A DNA stretch of 64,000 nucleotides from a virus. The notes beneath the pieces are model-generated. The model saw only the letters and a list, made by a program, of their open reading frames with translations, did not search any database and was not told the origin of the DNA. The stretch lies in IMG/VR virus record IMGVR_UViG_3300010399_000002, positions 32,001 through 96,000 of that record. One strand, 5' to 3'. Position numbers and translations under genes: made by a program. Positions 27,243-36,664 of this stretch are shown here, piece by piece. Each line of letters opens with the position of its first letter. Position 1 is the first letter of the stretch.

Positions 27243-27502
27243 GACCGACCTCCTTCCACTGGTACGTAGGTCTCTGCAAAGATGTCCGGCTTGCATGGAT
27301 ACTTCTCACCTTTGACCCCGGTAATGATCCAATCACCGGGAGTCACAACGTGAAAGTGGTCCTGCTTGCTCTCCAACGTAGTGATACAAAAACCGGTCTG
27401 TGACTCACGATTGATAGTGACCCCTTCTGGCCATGGTATCTGATCGGGAAAAAACTGAGCTGCCTCGACGATAACTGGTCTTTTTCTGAACAACGGCATC
27501 AC
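27239..27502 (-). CDS. Small conserved phage protein (RKxPVxVEA..GDWII.G..GE.YPCKPDIF family)
   Basis: Characteristic motif; translationally coupled to the Nampt-like gene. Confidence 0.75.
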   Translation of the reverse strand: MMPLFRKRPVIVEAAQFFPDQIPWPEGVTINRESQTGFCITTLESKQDHFHVVTPGDWIITGVKGEKYPCKPDIFAETYVPVEGGRS

Positions 27503-27512
27503 ACTCTCCTTT

Positions 27513-28202
27513 TCAAACTGCGTTCATCAACTGCTGGATATAATACCGGGCCTTCTCGTAGTTCCAAGCATGAATGAGCCTATCTATCTTCGTCGTATCT
27601 TCTCCTGGAAACAACTCGTCTGCGGTCTGGGTTAAAACCGAATCTCTCCAATCAATGGTGATGACTCTCTTGCGCCAACCGATCTTGATACGACCTTTGG
27701 CTGTTGTAACTATGTACCATGGTCGGTGCTCACAACATATATCTGGACAGTATCCGTTGGGAATAGCCTCAACGAAGATTGGTTGCTCGAAACAAGACAA
27801 AAGCAACTCGCGTTCTAAAACAGTTGTCTTATAGCGCTCAGAATCACTGCGATAGACTTCGGCAGTAAGCAACTTGTGAATCTCCTCTGTCTTTTGACTA
27901 ACTATTCGTCCTTGGGCCTCAGTTACCACACCACCTGGAACGCAAACCCTAACCTCAACTCCGATCTCACCTTCTCGGCCGATTGATTCATGTCGGCCTG
28001 CGTCAACATACGTCATCTGGATCTTCCTCCATTTTGAATGTAAAATGTAATCGTTCAAATGAAGCATAGCACGAAATAGTATAACCCGCCCTTTGCGACT
28101 TTTGTTATCGACCATCAACTTGGCAATCAAATGAACTGGACAAGTTGGCTGATCGTAGGACGCTTCCAACCTCTTTTGACTGGGTCTGCGTAGCCATTGC
28201 AT
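27513..28202 (-). CDS. Hypothetical phage protein
   Basis: IPNGY..PW..V.T..G.I.IGWRKRVI.IDW..IHAW; true start uncertain. Confidence 0.65.
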   Translation of the reverse strand: MQWLRRPSQKRLEASYDQPTCPVHLIAKLMVDNKSRKGRVILFRAMLHLNDYILHSKWRKIQMTYVDAGRHESIGREGEIGVEVRVCVPGGVVTEAQGRIVSQKTEEIHKLLTAEVYRSDSERYKTTVLERELLLSCFEQPIFVEAIPNGYCPDICCEHRPWYIVTTAKGRIKIGWRKRVITIDWRDSVLTQTADELFPGEDTTKIDRLIHAWNYEKARYYIQQLMNAV

Positions 28203-28205
28203 AAA

Positions 28206-29038
28206 CTATCCTTCGTCTAGATCTTGGACTTCCAACACTGCTATCAGCTGACCGTCGTTCCACTCATTGTGTTTCTTTGTACCAGGTGGATATGGATTCT
28301 CTTCGTGGCCGTGCAACTGGCTGCCCGGTAATGCAGCTTGCATGTACACAACGTAGCCTTGCGCCTTGGGCTTGAGTCTTTTGCACTGTCTCAATGTTAT
28401 GAGCTTTGGCTTTTTGACCGTGATCATAGCTTATCCGCCTTCGCTAGCTTTTCGAGGTACTCTGTTAGAGCAACTACGAACTCGACCTCTTCTGGTTCTG
28501 GATCGGCAACGCAATTTGGACAGACGGCTGTGTGCAATGCAACTGAAAAAACCTTAGCTTCGCAATATGGACAAGTCTCCATGTTATACCTCAATTGCTT
28601 CATCTGCGATTCGACGCAGTAACTCCCTCCAACCTTTTCCACGCTTATGCCTCAAACTACTGACTGCAATCGTCTTCAACTGCGTTGGACTGGTAGTTAC
28701 TTTTACTGCGCACTCGTATGAAGCCTCCTGTACATCGTCCGCAGTAAGCCTGTGCACTGTAACTATCAACATTAGCACATACCTCCTGCTGCCCACAACT
28801 TCTTACGATACATCTTGGCGCACTTGGTGCATGCCTGTCTTATACTACTCTCATTCACCTCGAAGGCTGTATCGTACACAACCGGTGCTCCGCACAAAGC
28901 CGGTGTATCTGCGCCGTGCAGATATTTGCGGCCTACAGCTGTCAATCTGCGAATGTGATAACTATCGCCTGCAACCCGTGTAGCACAAAAGCTGTACTGG
29001 TGGATCTGTTTTTCCGGTCTCTTGACTGTTGTGGGCAT
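28206..29038 (-). CDS. Four small tightly packed hypothetical genes (28206-28427, 28424-28642, 28584-28796, 28772-29038), two with CxxC pairs
   Basis: Overlapping start/stop arrangement on the minus strand. Confidence 0.45.
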
Positions 29039-29047
29039 AGATTTGGC

Positions 29048-29131
29048 ACTCGTAGGAACTGTCAGGCACTGTTTCTAGACACCAAGTGGTGGTTGGATGG
29101 GGTTTTTGATTCCCAACTCGTTGTAGGGGCT
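29048..29131. repeat. Dispersed conserved element, copy 3 of 6
   Basis: actcgtaggaaCTGTCAGGCACT-N15-GTGGTGGTTGGatggGGTTTT..tcgttgtaggggct; overlaps the 3' end of 29062..29652. Confidence 0.9.
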
Positions 29132-29652
29132 AGAAACGGATTTTCACGAAACCTGCGTCTCGTAAACCTCTTTGATCCCAACCTCTTCTTTGTCTTCTCC
29201 AACTGGATGCGATACTCGTTTACGTACTTCAATGGATCTTTGACTCGCAGCCTGGGAATGGACATTCCGAGCATCGCTACCTTGAAAGCGCTTCTAGCGG
29301 CTTTGATATTCTCGCCATTGGGATACAATCTCTGCATCTCCAACTCAACTGCTTGCCGAGAAACATTTCCACAGAATGTACTGAGTCTCGTACTGAATAT
29401 CGAGCCTTTCACTGGAGATCGCCTTCGCCAGTAGTTAACTAAGAATCTCACTAACCAATCCGGACTGACCTTGTAGCGCTCGCACCAAACCTTCAGGTTC
29501 AGCAACCGCAAACGATCGTCGGGCTTCAGCCTCAATCTCACATTTGACTTGTGATAGTTGGACAGGATGGTCTCCACTTTTGATTGCCACTTGTTCAGCA
29601 CATATTCGAGATGGGAACGGGGACTCATGAACGTGTTCTCGTACGTAACCAC
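29062..29652 (-). CDS. Basic hypothetical protein
   Basis: 196-aa ORF, Arg/Lys-rich. Confidence 0.6.
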   Translation of the reverse strand: MVTYENTFMSPRSHLEYVLNKWQSKVETILSNYHKSNVRLRLKPDDRLRLLNLKVWCERYKVSPDWLVRFLVNYWRRRSPVKGSIFSTRLSTFCGNVSRQAVELEMQRLYPNGENIKAARSAFKVAMLGMSIPRLRVKDPLKYVNEYRIQLEKTKKRLGSKRFTRRRFRENPFLAPTTSWESKTPSNHHLVSRNSA

Positions 29653-29815
29653 TTTGGCACCCTAGGCTTTACACAGGTTCTATACCTTGATACAAAGCCT
29701 TGTAACATCTCAACACGTACTCTACGCATCCAACGGAACCCCAACCACTTAGGGGCGCGCCCTTTTCTCGTAACCAAATTATTCCAGTAACTCATTTTTC
29801 ACGCCTCTACTCGAT

Positions 29816-30001
29816 TCACTTGTGCTTCTCCTTCCACCAAGACACGAATGCGGACAGTACAACAGCAACCATCGGGCCGACCTGCACACCCATCGGTGGA
29901 TCTTTCTGCTTAACCAATAGCGCCTGCGTTAGACTATCTACAAACCAAAACGCCAAGGCCGGAATAACGAAATTTTCTATGAATGAGACTAGTATACTCA
30001 T
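29816..30001 (-). CDS. Small two-TM membrane protein
   Basis: Two hydrophobic helices and a basic tail. Confidence 0.5.
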   Translation of the reverse strand: MSILVSFIENFVIPALAFWFVDSLTQALLVKQKDPPMGVQVGPMVAVVLSAFVSWWKEKHK

Positions 30002-30666
30002 TTCACCTCCTCGCCCTTCTCCGGGGCGGCAAGTTCCTGTTTGTGCCCGTATATCTCGCAGCCGAGCATGACTTGCACCGTCGTCGCTTCGATTCCTTCG
30101 AGCATGTCCCGCGCTTGCTGCTTGCCCTCGATCCGCCCCCGCAGCCGCTCCCGCGCTCCGTGGCGCTCCAACTCTGCGTACCTCTCCTCGGCGGCTAGCG
30201 CTCGACCTTCCATGCTGTCATACAGGTTGAAGGCGTCGTTGAGACTTCGGCACCCCTTGAAGCGACTCCCTACAAGGTTCTCGTACTCAAGTAGACGAAA
30301 CTCCATTCCTTCATTCGCGGTAATAAGCTGGCCGTTTCTCTCTCGTTCGGCGTTAAGTTCTCCGATGACGGACTGATACTCACCGATGCGACCTTTAGCG
30401 TTCATGGCCTTCCATGTCTGGCAAATGGGTAGCTCCTCATCTCGGTCACCAAAGTGGGCGGCGGCTTCCGAAAACTCAGAAGTCTCGAACTCACAGTGGA
30501 AGCACTTCCAAACTGCCCGCGCTCCATGGCGCTGGGCGAAGGCGACGAGGGCGTCGGCAAGCAAACCAACAGCCTGCTTACGGCTAGACAATACAGACAT
30601 GTGCCCGTAAGTATCTAGCGCCACCTTCTCCGCCTCTTCCCGCAGCGCGCTCTCGGTGGGGGTCAT
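29998..30666 (-). CDS. Hypothetical protein (WxCFHC zinc finger + coiled coil)
   Basis: WKCFHC.FE......A..HFG; locally GC-richer. Confidence 0.6.
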   Translation of the reverse strand: MTPTESALREEAEKVALDTYGHMSVLSSRKQAVGLLADALVAFAQRHGARAVWKCFHCEFETSEFSEAAAHFGDRDEELPICQTWKAMNAKGRIGEYQSVIGELNAERERNGQLITANEGMEFRLLEYENLVGSRFKGCRSLNDAFNLYDSMEGRALAAEERYAELERHGARERLRGRIEGKQQARDMLEGIEATTVQVMLGCEIYGHKQELAAPEKGEEVK

Positions 30667-30901
30667 CGAGAGAATCCTTGTGCATCCATATATGAAGATG
30701 CTTGCAAAAAGGTAGAGTCTGGAAACAGCAATGACCAGAGCTTCATAACTTTTTCGGGATCTAGCTTTCCGGACCTGTCAAAGGATTCCAACTCCGCTAT
30801 TGGAATCAGAGAGTCCTTGCTCAGGTGCGCAAGGCTCTTAGGCCCTACGTTCTTGACGAACCTGTGAACTAACTCAATGTACACTGACGAAATGCCGACG
30901 A

Positions 30902-31285
30902 TCATGTCCTCTCTCCTTGCGCCCGCGCCCACTCTAGGCAGGCGGAGCAGATGGCGTCCTGTATTGTCTGTCCTTCGCCGTGAAATCGTGCTACTCGGCC
31001 AGATACCCAAATGTCACACACGTATGGGATGCGCTTCTCTAAATCGAACCACTCGCATCTGTCCAGCACCTCCATGGCGTCGGCTATGGAGACGTAGGGG
31101 TCCCAATCGTCAAGATGCCCTTCTGGCGGACACGGCCCCAGCGGGCTCTTTTCCCAATCAAGCACTGACCGCGAACAGATCCGGCATATCCAGAACTTTC
31201 CGCGCTCTTCCCATTCGTGTAACGGCCAGCCCATCACCACGCGGGCCAGCAGCGCCACGTTCGCGGCTTTCTGTTCTAAAGTCAC
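30902..31285 (-). CDS. Phage ABA-sandwich-like protein
   Basis: LLARVVMGW..WDPYVSIADAMEVL..GQTIQDAICSACL. Confidence 0.6.
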   Translation of the reverse strand: MTLEQKAANVALLARVVMGWPLHEWEERGKFWICRICSRSVLDWEKSPLGPCPPEGHLDDWDPYVSIADAMEVLDRCEWFDLEKRIPYVCDIWVSGRVARFHGEGQTIQDAICSACLEWARAQGERT

Positions 31286-31977
31286 TTGGCACTCTCCAAA
31301 GCAACCAATAACTTTTGCACATCAACCGCGATCTCTCTTTTGTGTCCTCGATCAGTACCGTTCTTAACGATGATCTTCTCTTGCGCCAAATCCGAAAACG
31401 TACTTGTCATCAACTCTCGTGACGTACGGCAATACCGGGCTAACGTCTCGTGTGACAAGATTGGCAAAGTCTGGATACCGCGTATATCTTTCAATGGGCC
31501 GGGGAAACACGACTTGACTAACGAAGCCAACATATACAGAACCATATCTTGCAACAACCAACTCTCTGCGCCCAGACGTTCCAACAACACATCCCTCTGG
31601 GCCGCGATAGCTTCATACATGACCCCAAACTTGACCTCGTCCAATGGATGGAAAAATAACTTAACTGGAGTAAGAGCTTCGAGAGCATCACCTGGCCGAC
31701 TGAGCAGGACGGACGGATCTGTTGAGCTGTGAAACGAGACGATCATGGAGTACCTTAACTGTTCTTCGCCGCTGCGAAAATCTCGTCTGTGAGGCTTACA
31801 GTAATTCGTCTTACCGGCAAACGGCCGCGTATAGGCAACCAGTCCACTACCGACTACCATATACAAACCGTAGTCCTTACTGCTGTCTTCTGCGACTCTG
31901 CGGTTTCTGTCGTCTCGCTGACGGGGATTTTCGACGAAACCTCGAATGTCCCCTTTCTGAAGATCGATTACGCTCAT
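31282..31977 (-). CDS. Crp/Fnr-type HTH regulator-like protein
   Basis: LSHETLARYCRTSRELMTSTFSDLAQEKII matches the Crp-type HTH pattern. Confidence 0.65.
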   Translation of the reverse strand: MSVIDLQKGDIRGFVENPRQRDDRNRRVAEDSSKDYGLYMVVGSGLVAYTRPFAGKTNYCKPHRRDFRSGEEQLRYSMIVSFHSSTDPSVLLSRPGDALEALTPVKLFFHPLDEVKFGVMYEAIAAQRDVLLERLGAESWLLQDMVLYMLASLVKSCFPGPLKDIRGIQTLPILSHETLARYCRTSRELMTSTFSDLAQEKIIVKNGTDRGHKREIAVDVQKLLVALESAK

Positions 31978-32276
31978 GACGGCTTCCTTTCTTCAAATAC
32001 GGTCTTGTAGCCTACACCGCCCTTGGCGTTCTCGATCTCAGCTCGGCGCTTCATACATTTTTCCAACACATCGTCGGCACTTGTTTTGATCTGAGAAATC
32101 AGACTTGACCATTCTTCGTAAACCGCGATGGGAACCAAAACCGCAACGTCTACTCTCGGTCGGTGTGGTTTGCCGACGGTGATAACAACTGTCTCTTTCA
32201 ACTGCTGAAGATCTGAGATCGACAACATTCGAAAGTCGTGCAAGCTGATCCTTCTCAACTTGGTTACGTCCGACAT
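31974..32276 (-). CDS. Phd/YefM-like protein
   Basis: RISLHDFR..ETVVITV..DVAVLVPIAVYEEW. Confidence 0.55.
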   Translation of the reverse strand: MSDVTKLRRISLHDFRMLSISDLQQLKETVVITVGKPHRPRVDVAVLVPIAVYEEWSSLISQIKTSADDVLEKCMKRRAEIENAKGGVGYKTVFEERKPS

Positions 32277-32668
32277 AAGACATTCTCCTTTACAACGTAC
32301 TCGATCTGCTTGGAAAAGAAATTAACGTGCAGTGTCGTCCACTGCATGGGAAACTCTCCAATCCAGTCCTCGATGAAAACCCCATCTCCGTTTCGCATAG
32401 CTGTCTCATTTTGGTAATGAATTCCGGCTTTACATGCTAGAGACAGGAAACTTATGAACATATCGTACAGCGATTGGGCCTGAAAAACGATTTCTTTACT
32501 TATGGTCTGAACCTGGTAATGGTCTAGGCTCTCTGCGAAGTGTACGTACAAGACGTAACTGTGTCCCCAACTCTCAACCAACTTAAGCCAGAGGTAACCA
32601 TATTCGGGATGGGGAACCAAGCGGCCACTCCTGAATCTGTTGATGAACTCGTAGACGGTCATACTCAA
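32264..32668 (-). CDS. Hypothetical protein
   Basis: Coupled ORF. Confidence 0.5.
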   Translation of the reverse strand: MSMTVYEFINRFRSGRLVPHPEYGYLWLKLVESWGHSYVLYVHFAESLDHYQVQTISKEIVFQAQSLYDMFISFLSLACKAGIHYQNETAMRNGDGVFIEDWIGEFPMQWTTLHVNFFSKQIEYVVKENVLCRT

Positions 32669-33033
32669 GCCTTGTACTCACTGTTCTTAGTCAACTTGGC
32701 CTTGATGGCTGTAGTCGGAACGTAGTTACAGTTGTCGAACCGTTCGATCATATCTTGTAACTCAAGAGGCAGTAAGTACCGGACAAATGGTGAACCTGGA
32801 ATTGGGACTCCAGTCTTGCGCTCGAATGAAATGTGAAGCGATGTGGGATGTACGCGCACTTGAACTGTGTGTAGATCTTTCGTGATCTTTTTGACTGCAC
32901 GCAAACTAGCTCGAGCTACTGGGCACAACTTACATGAATTGGGAACACCCAACTCGATGTCCTTAACCGTAACATGTAACTCCAGCTCTAGCGGGAACTT
33001 GGGCCAGATGATCTTGTGGGTGACTAACGGCAT
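32665..33033 (-). CDS. Hypothetical protein, paralog of 33044..33394
   Basis: LELHV...IELGVPNS..CPVARA..LP.EL..I..FD. Confidence 0.65.
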   Translation of the reverse strand: MPLVTHKIIWPKFPLELELHVTVKDIELGVPNSCKLCPVARASLRAVKKITKDLHTVQVRVHPTSLHISFERKTGVPIPGSPFVRYLLPLELQDMIERFDNCNYVPTTAIKAKLTKNSEYKA

Positions 33034-33043
33034 CTTACTCTCC

Positions 33044-33394
33044 TTACAGATTCATCTTACGGATGATAGCCTTGACTGGACTGATACCTGAAGCTAGATA
33101 CAGTGTCCGACGCCAGCCGTGTCTGTCCACCTCTCTGATCAAGGCGATTAACTCGGGTGGCGTCGTATACGTTACTTGTTCTTCGCGTGACGAACCAAAT
33201 GACGGGTACACCGTGATACATAAGGGCGTCACTCCGACTGTAGGATATTTTAGTCCTAGTTTCTTGAGTGCATCGATAACCGCTAGAGCCACGGGGCAAT
33301 CGTGGGCAGAACAAGGCACACCGAACTCCAAATGTATGCGCTCGACGCTAATCTCTAACTCATCTGGTAACTGTATCTGTATCTCATGACTCAT
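33044..33394 (-). CDS. Hypothetical protein, paralog of 32665..33033
   Basis: LEISV...LEFGVPCS..CPVALA..TP.EL..I..VD. Confidence 0.65.
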   Translation of the reverse strand: MSHEIQIQLPDELEISVERIHLEFGVPCSAHDCPVALAVIDALKKLGLKYPTVGVTPLCITVYPSFGSSREEQVTYTTPPELIALIREVDRHGWRRTLYLASGISPVKAIIRKMNL

Positions 33395-33495
33395 AACTTA
33401 ATCTCCACCTAAGAGCTTTCCTAATACGTAGGCAACACAAATCGCAACCACAATGGTTGTGACTGTCTCACAGATAATCTTAATACTTTCCGGAC

Positions 33496-34035
33496 TCATG
33501 ACTTCTCCTTCTCTTCCGCAACTGTAACCTTACTCAAGACGGGATTGCGTTCGAGACGCCAGATCTTTCTGTTCTTTGAACTGATGATAAGCAGACCCGA
33601 CCATGGACGGCCACCGTCGTGGGCTAGGAACTTTTGCACGGAGTCCGCATTTGCTATGACTCGCGAGTCAAGATGAATAGGCTGGCCGAAACTTATCAAT
33701 TGATCGTATTCCAGACCTTCTTCGTTGGCCAGGATATTCGGACCGCACGCCCAATACAGATCGTCAACGAGATCTCGACCAAGACTCAACGAACTATGGG
33801 TGGCGTACAGAATGTATCTCTCCGACGTGTTCTGATTAGGTATCTGCCACTCACCCGGACGATAATTACCAAAATACACACCATCGATGACCGTTTTCAG
33901 ACTGGCCGGATTGCACCAGACCTGTCCGCGATGAATCATACAGATCAAACCATATCTCAGACGGAGAACCATATCCGTATCCGAAACCGTATCTGAAGAC
34001 GATAATGATGGAATACTAAAACAAGATTTGATCAT
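33496..34035 (-). CDS. Hypothetical protein
   Basis: 179-aa ORF in operon orientation. Confidence 0.5.
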   Translation of the reverse strand: MIKSCFSIPSLSSSDTVSDTDMVLRLRYGLICMIHRGQVWCNPASLKTVIDGVYFGNYRPGEWQIPNQNTSERYILYATHSSLSLGRDLVDDLYWACGPNILANEEGLEYDQLISFGQPIHLDSRVIANADSVQKFLAHDGGRPWSGLLIISSKNRKIWRLERNPVLSKVTVAEEKEKS

Positions 34036-34183
34036 AGTATCTCAGTTATCTGTTGTTAGGGTATATAAGTAACCCATCTGAAAACCTGAAAGCAACTCTA
34101 ACCTCATCTGATAGCCGTAGATCGTAGCTCATAACTCATAACCATATCCGCCTGAACCGTGCTTTTGCAAACCGGAACGTATC

Positions 34184-34976
34184 TCATACCTGCACCTGAG
34201 ACTCGGTCTCGTCTAGGTACGCATCGATACCGGACTCATCGAGACTGTTGAGAATCATTCCTGCTGTACGCGGCGCCCAATCCGGAACCTCGATGATACC
34301 TTTAGCCCTGGCTGTGTCTGTAGCTGCAACGAACTTGACCTCCAACCTGTGTTGCGCTGCGTAGTGCCGCAACTTCGCCGACTCGTAGTCACCTGGCTCG
34401 ATAACGAAAATGATCATCATGCTGTGTACCTCTCATTCAATTCCTTTTCGTATAGCACTGTGGACGCCTCACGCACTTTCTTTGACCATATCTTCATGGT
34501 GTCTTGACCGCGCGGTATTTGCTTCTTCACCTTGGCACAGCACTCACCAAACAACCTGGTCTTGTCCTTACGACTCAATGGTGCAATGAGCTGATAGTTA
34601 TGCTCTGAAAGGATTTTTCGCAGGACCTTTAGCGGCATGAAGCTGAGTCGACTGGCGACTTCCCAACAATTATTGCAAACCTTGTCGTGGAATCGTTCCG
34701 GTAAACCCAAACCGCAATACTGACAATGGTAAACAACTGGTTCGGATGACTGCGTCCAATCACTCATAACTAGATCCTCGACATCCGCGCCTCACGCTTC
34801 ACTACTTTAACGCGACCTGTTGACGTAAGCACTGTTGGAATAGTGCGCTTTAGCCAGGCTACACCGTTGTCGACCGCCACGAGCTCCCAACCTTCTTCAC
34901 CTTTGTCGTTCAGTATAGCCGCCAAATGTGCTGGCATCCCGGATGATACAAATTCGTAATCGTACTCGAACTTCAT
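34184..34976 (-). CDS. Three small hypothetical genes (34184-34420; 34417-34767 with CxxC pairs; 34770-34976, DUF4177-like LNDKGEEGWELVAV)
   Basis: ATGA-coupled ORFs downstream of the helicase. Confidence 0.55.
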
Positions 34977-36466
34977 GCTGCTGCCTCCTTCTTCAACGTA
35001 GACTCCAACTTCTTTTGGGCGAACTCGAACAAGTCCTTAACATCGCCCGTCCATCGGTACTTGAAAACAGGAATACCCGCTTTCCTGAAAGCTCCTCGAC
35101 GATATTTGGTAGCCTTGGTAAACGGACTCAAACCACTATCACCTACATCGTAATAGATCAGCCCTCGTTTCCCGACGCAAAGACGCACACCTCGGCCGAA
35201 CTTTTGCATAGCGTCTTCGCGGGAACGATACGACGCGCCATCGATCATGGTATCGACCTTTTTGATGTCCACACCTTTCTTGAAAACGCGATTGGCGATC
35301 AGCAATCGAATGCGACTCGCATCGAATGACTTTTTGGCCTGTCGTCTGAAACTGCGGGACTTAGCTCCGTACACAACTCGATGGGGAACATCCGACACTC
35401 GCCTTGACAGAAACTTAAGATGCCTGATGCGTTCCACTAGCGCAATAGTATGGTAACCGAGTTCGTGCGCTTCTCGAATGATGGCCTCAATCAGATTGTT
35501 GCGCCTCTTACTGCGCACAACAAACCGATCGTAAGCCTCACTGTGTGTTCCGCTCTCGGTGTTGCCCACACTCCGATCCAGATCTACCGCAATCACAATT
35601 CCTGAAGTAAGGTGCTTTTCTTCAACTCCGCGCCGATAGGGATACTCGTATAAGACTGGTCCGGTCAAAGCAAACGCACGAAGACGGATGGGAGCCTTTT
35701 GAAGACTCAATGTAGCTGTCAGACCTAACACGACCGGTGGATTGATGGACTGAACAGTAGACAAATTTCGCTTGTTCAGAGCAAGATGGACTTCGTCGAT
35801 GAACAAAACCTGCAGCCCGCGCATCCAGAGCTTGAACTCCTTATCGTGCCTATGACGATGGAGTGTCTGAACGGTGGCTACGGTTATACGCCTCGGACTG
35901 AAACGTCCTGCGCCAATGATGCCGACCGACTCACCTATTACTTCGGATAGCGCCTTGCGCGCCTGGTCCAATAGAGTGAGCTCGTCTACAACGAAACAAC
36001 CTGAACCGCGGAGAGCCTTAAAGTATAGTCCGGCAATCCTTGTCTTCCCGCTTCCCGTGGCATTGAGAATCAACCCGCCATGGTTGCGGGCCTTCAGCAT
36101 CTTGGCAAGGCACTCGTTCTGAAACGCCCAAGAGCTGTTTGTTAATGGATTGAACGAAACGGACTGTCGCTGATCATCGACTGATAGATCGAATTGCTCG
36201 ACAAGACGTTCACGCTGAGCAAGGAACAGTCCGGAAGGAACTCGACTGCGCTTGAAGAAACGAACGTAGCCATCCCAAGGCTTGTCGTTTCCCCAACGAC
36301 GCCTTTGGAACTTAAACGCCCAGAACGCAGACGGATGCTTGTAACGAAAGAATGGGTCTATCGCCTCGTAGCTGTAAGGCGAATGAAACACAGCCCACCG
36401 GTTGGTGAGTGTGACGTCAAGTGGTTGACGGCTACCGCGTGTAGGGATCTTCCCCGACTCTAGCAT
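34973..36466 (-). CDS. SF2 DExH helicase (UvsW/XPB-like)
   Basis: ATGSGKT; VATVQTL; IDEVH; GLTATL; GVDI; QKFGRGVR. Confidence 0.92.
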   Translation of the reverse strand: MLESGKIPTRGSRQPLDVTLTNRWAVFHSPYSYEAIDPFFRYKHPSAFWAFKFQRRRWGNDKPWDGYVRFFKRSRVPSGLFLAQRERLVEQFDLSVDDQRQSVSFNPLTNSSWAFQNECLAKMLKARNHGGLILNATGSGKTRIAGLYFKALRGSGCFVVDELTLLDQARKALSEVIGESVGIIGAGRFSPRRITVATVQTLHRHRHDKEFKLWMRGLQVLFIDEVHLALNKRNLSTVQSINPPVVLGLTATLSLQKAPIRLRAFALTGPVLYEYPYRRGVEEKHLTSGIVIAVDLDRSVGNTESGTHSEAYDRFVVRSKRRNNLIEAIIREAHELGYHTIALVERIRHLKFLSRRVSDVPHRVVYGAKSRSFRRQAKKSFDASRIRLLIANRVFKKGVDIKKVDTMIDGASYRSREDAMQKFGRGVRLCVGKRGLIYYDVGDSGLSPFTKATKYRRGAFRKAGIPVFKYRWTGDVKDLFEFAQKKLESTLKKEAAA

Positions 36467-36494
36467 TGCCTGGTCGTTTTCGTGACCGAGGCTT

Positions 36495-36524
36495 ATTGTA
36501 TAATATCATCCACCTAATCTGCAA
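36495..36524 (-). promoter_or_regulatory. Putative sigma-70 promoter for the helicase/accessory block
   Basis: Minus strand TTGCAG-N18-TACAAT, preceded by an A-rich tract, 28 nt upstream of the helicase ATG. Confidence 0.55.
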
Positions 36525-36585
36525 GGATTATTTTTGGCACTCTAAATCGGCTTGTCGGGCACTTCTGGCACTCAAAATAACCTGG

Positions 36586-36664
36586 CTAGGAACTGACAGG
36601 CACTGTTGATTGACCGAAGATGGTAGTTGGGATAGGGTTTTCCCACTGAACTTGTTGGAGGAGC
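36586..36664. repeat. Dispersed conserved element, copy 4 of 6
   Basis: ctaggaaCTGACAGGCACT-N15-ATGGTAGTTGGgatagGGTTTT..ttgttggaggagc. Confidence 0.88.
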
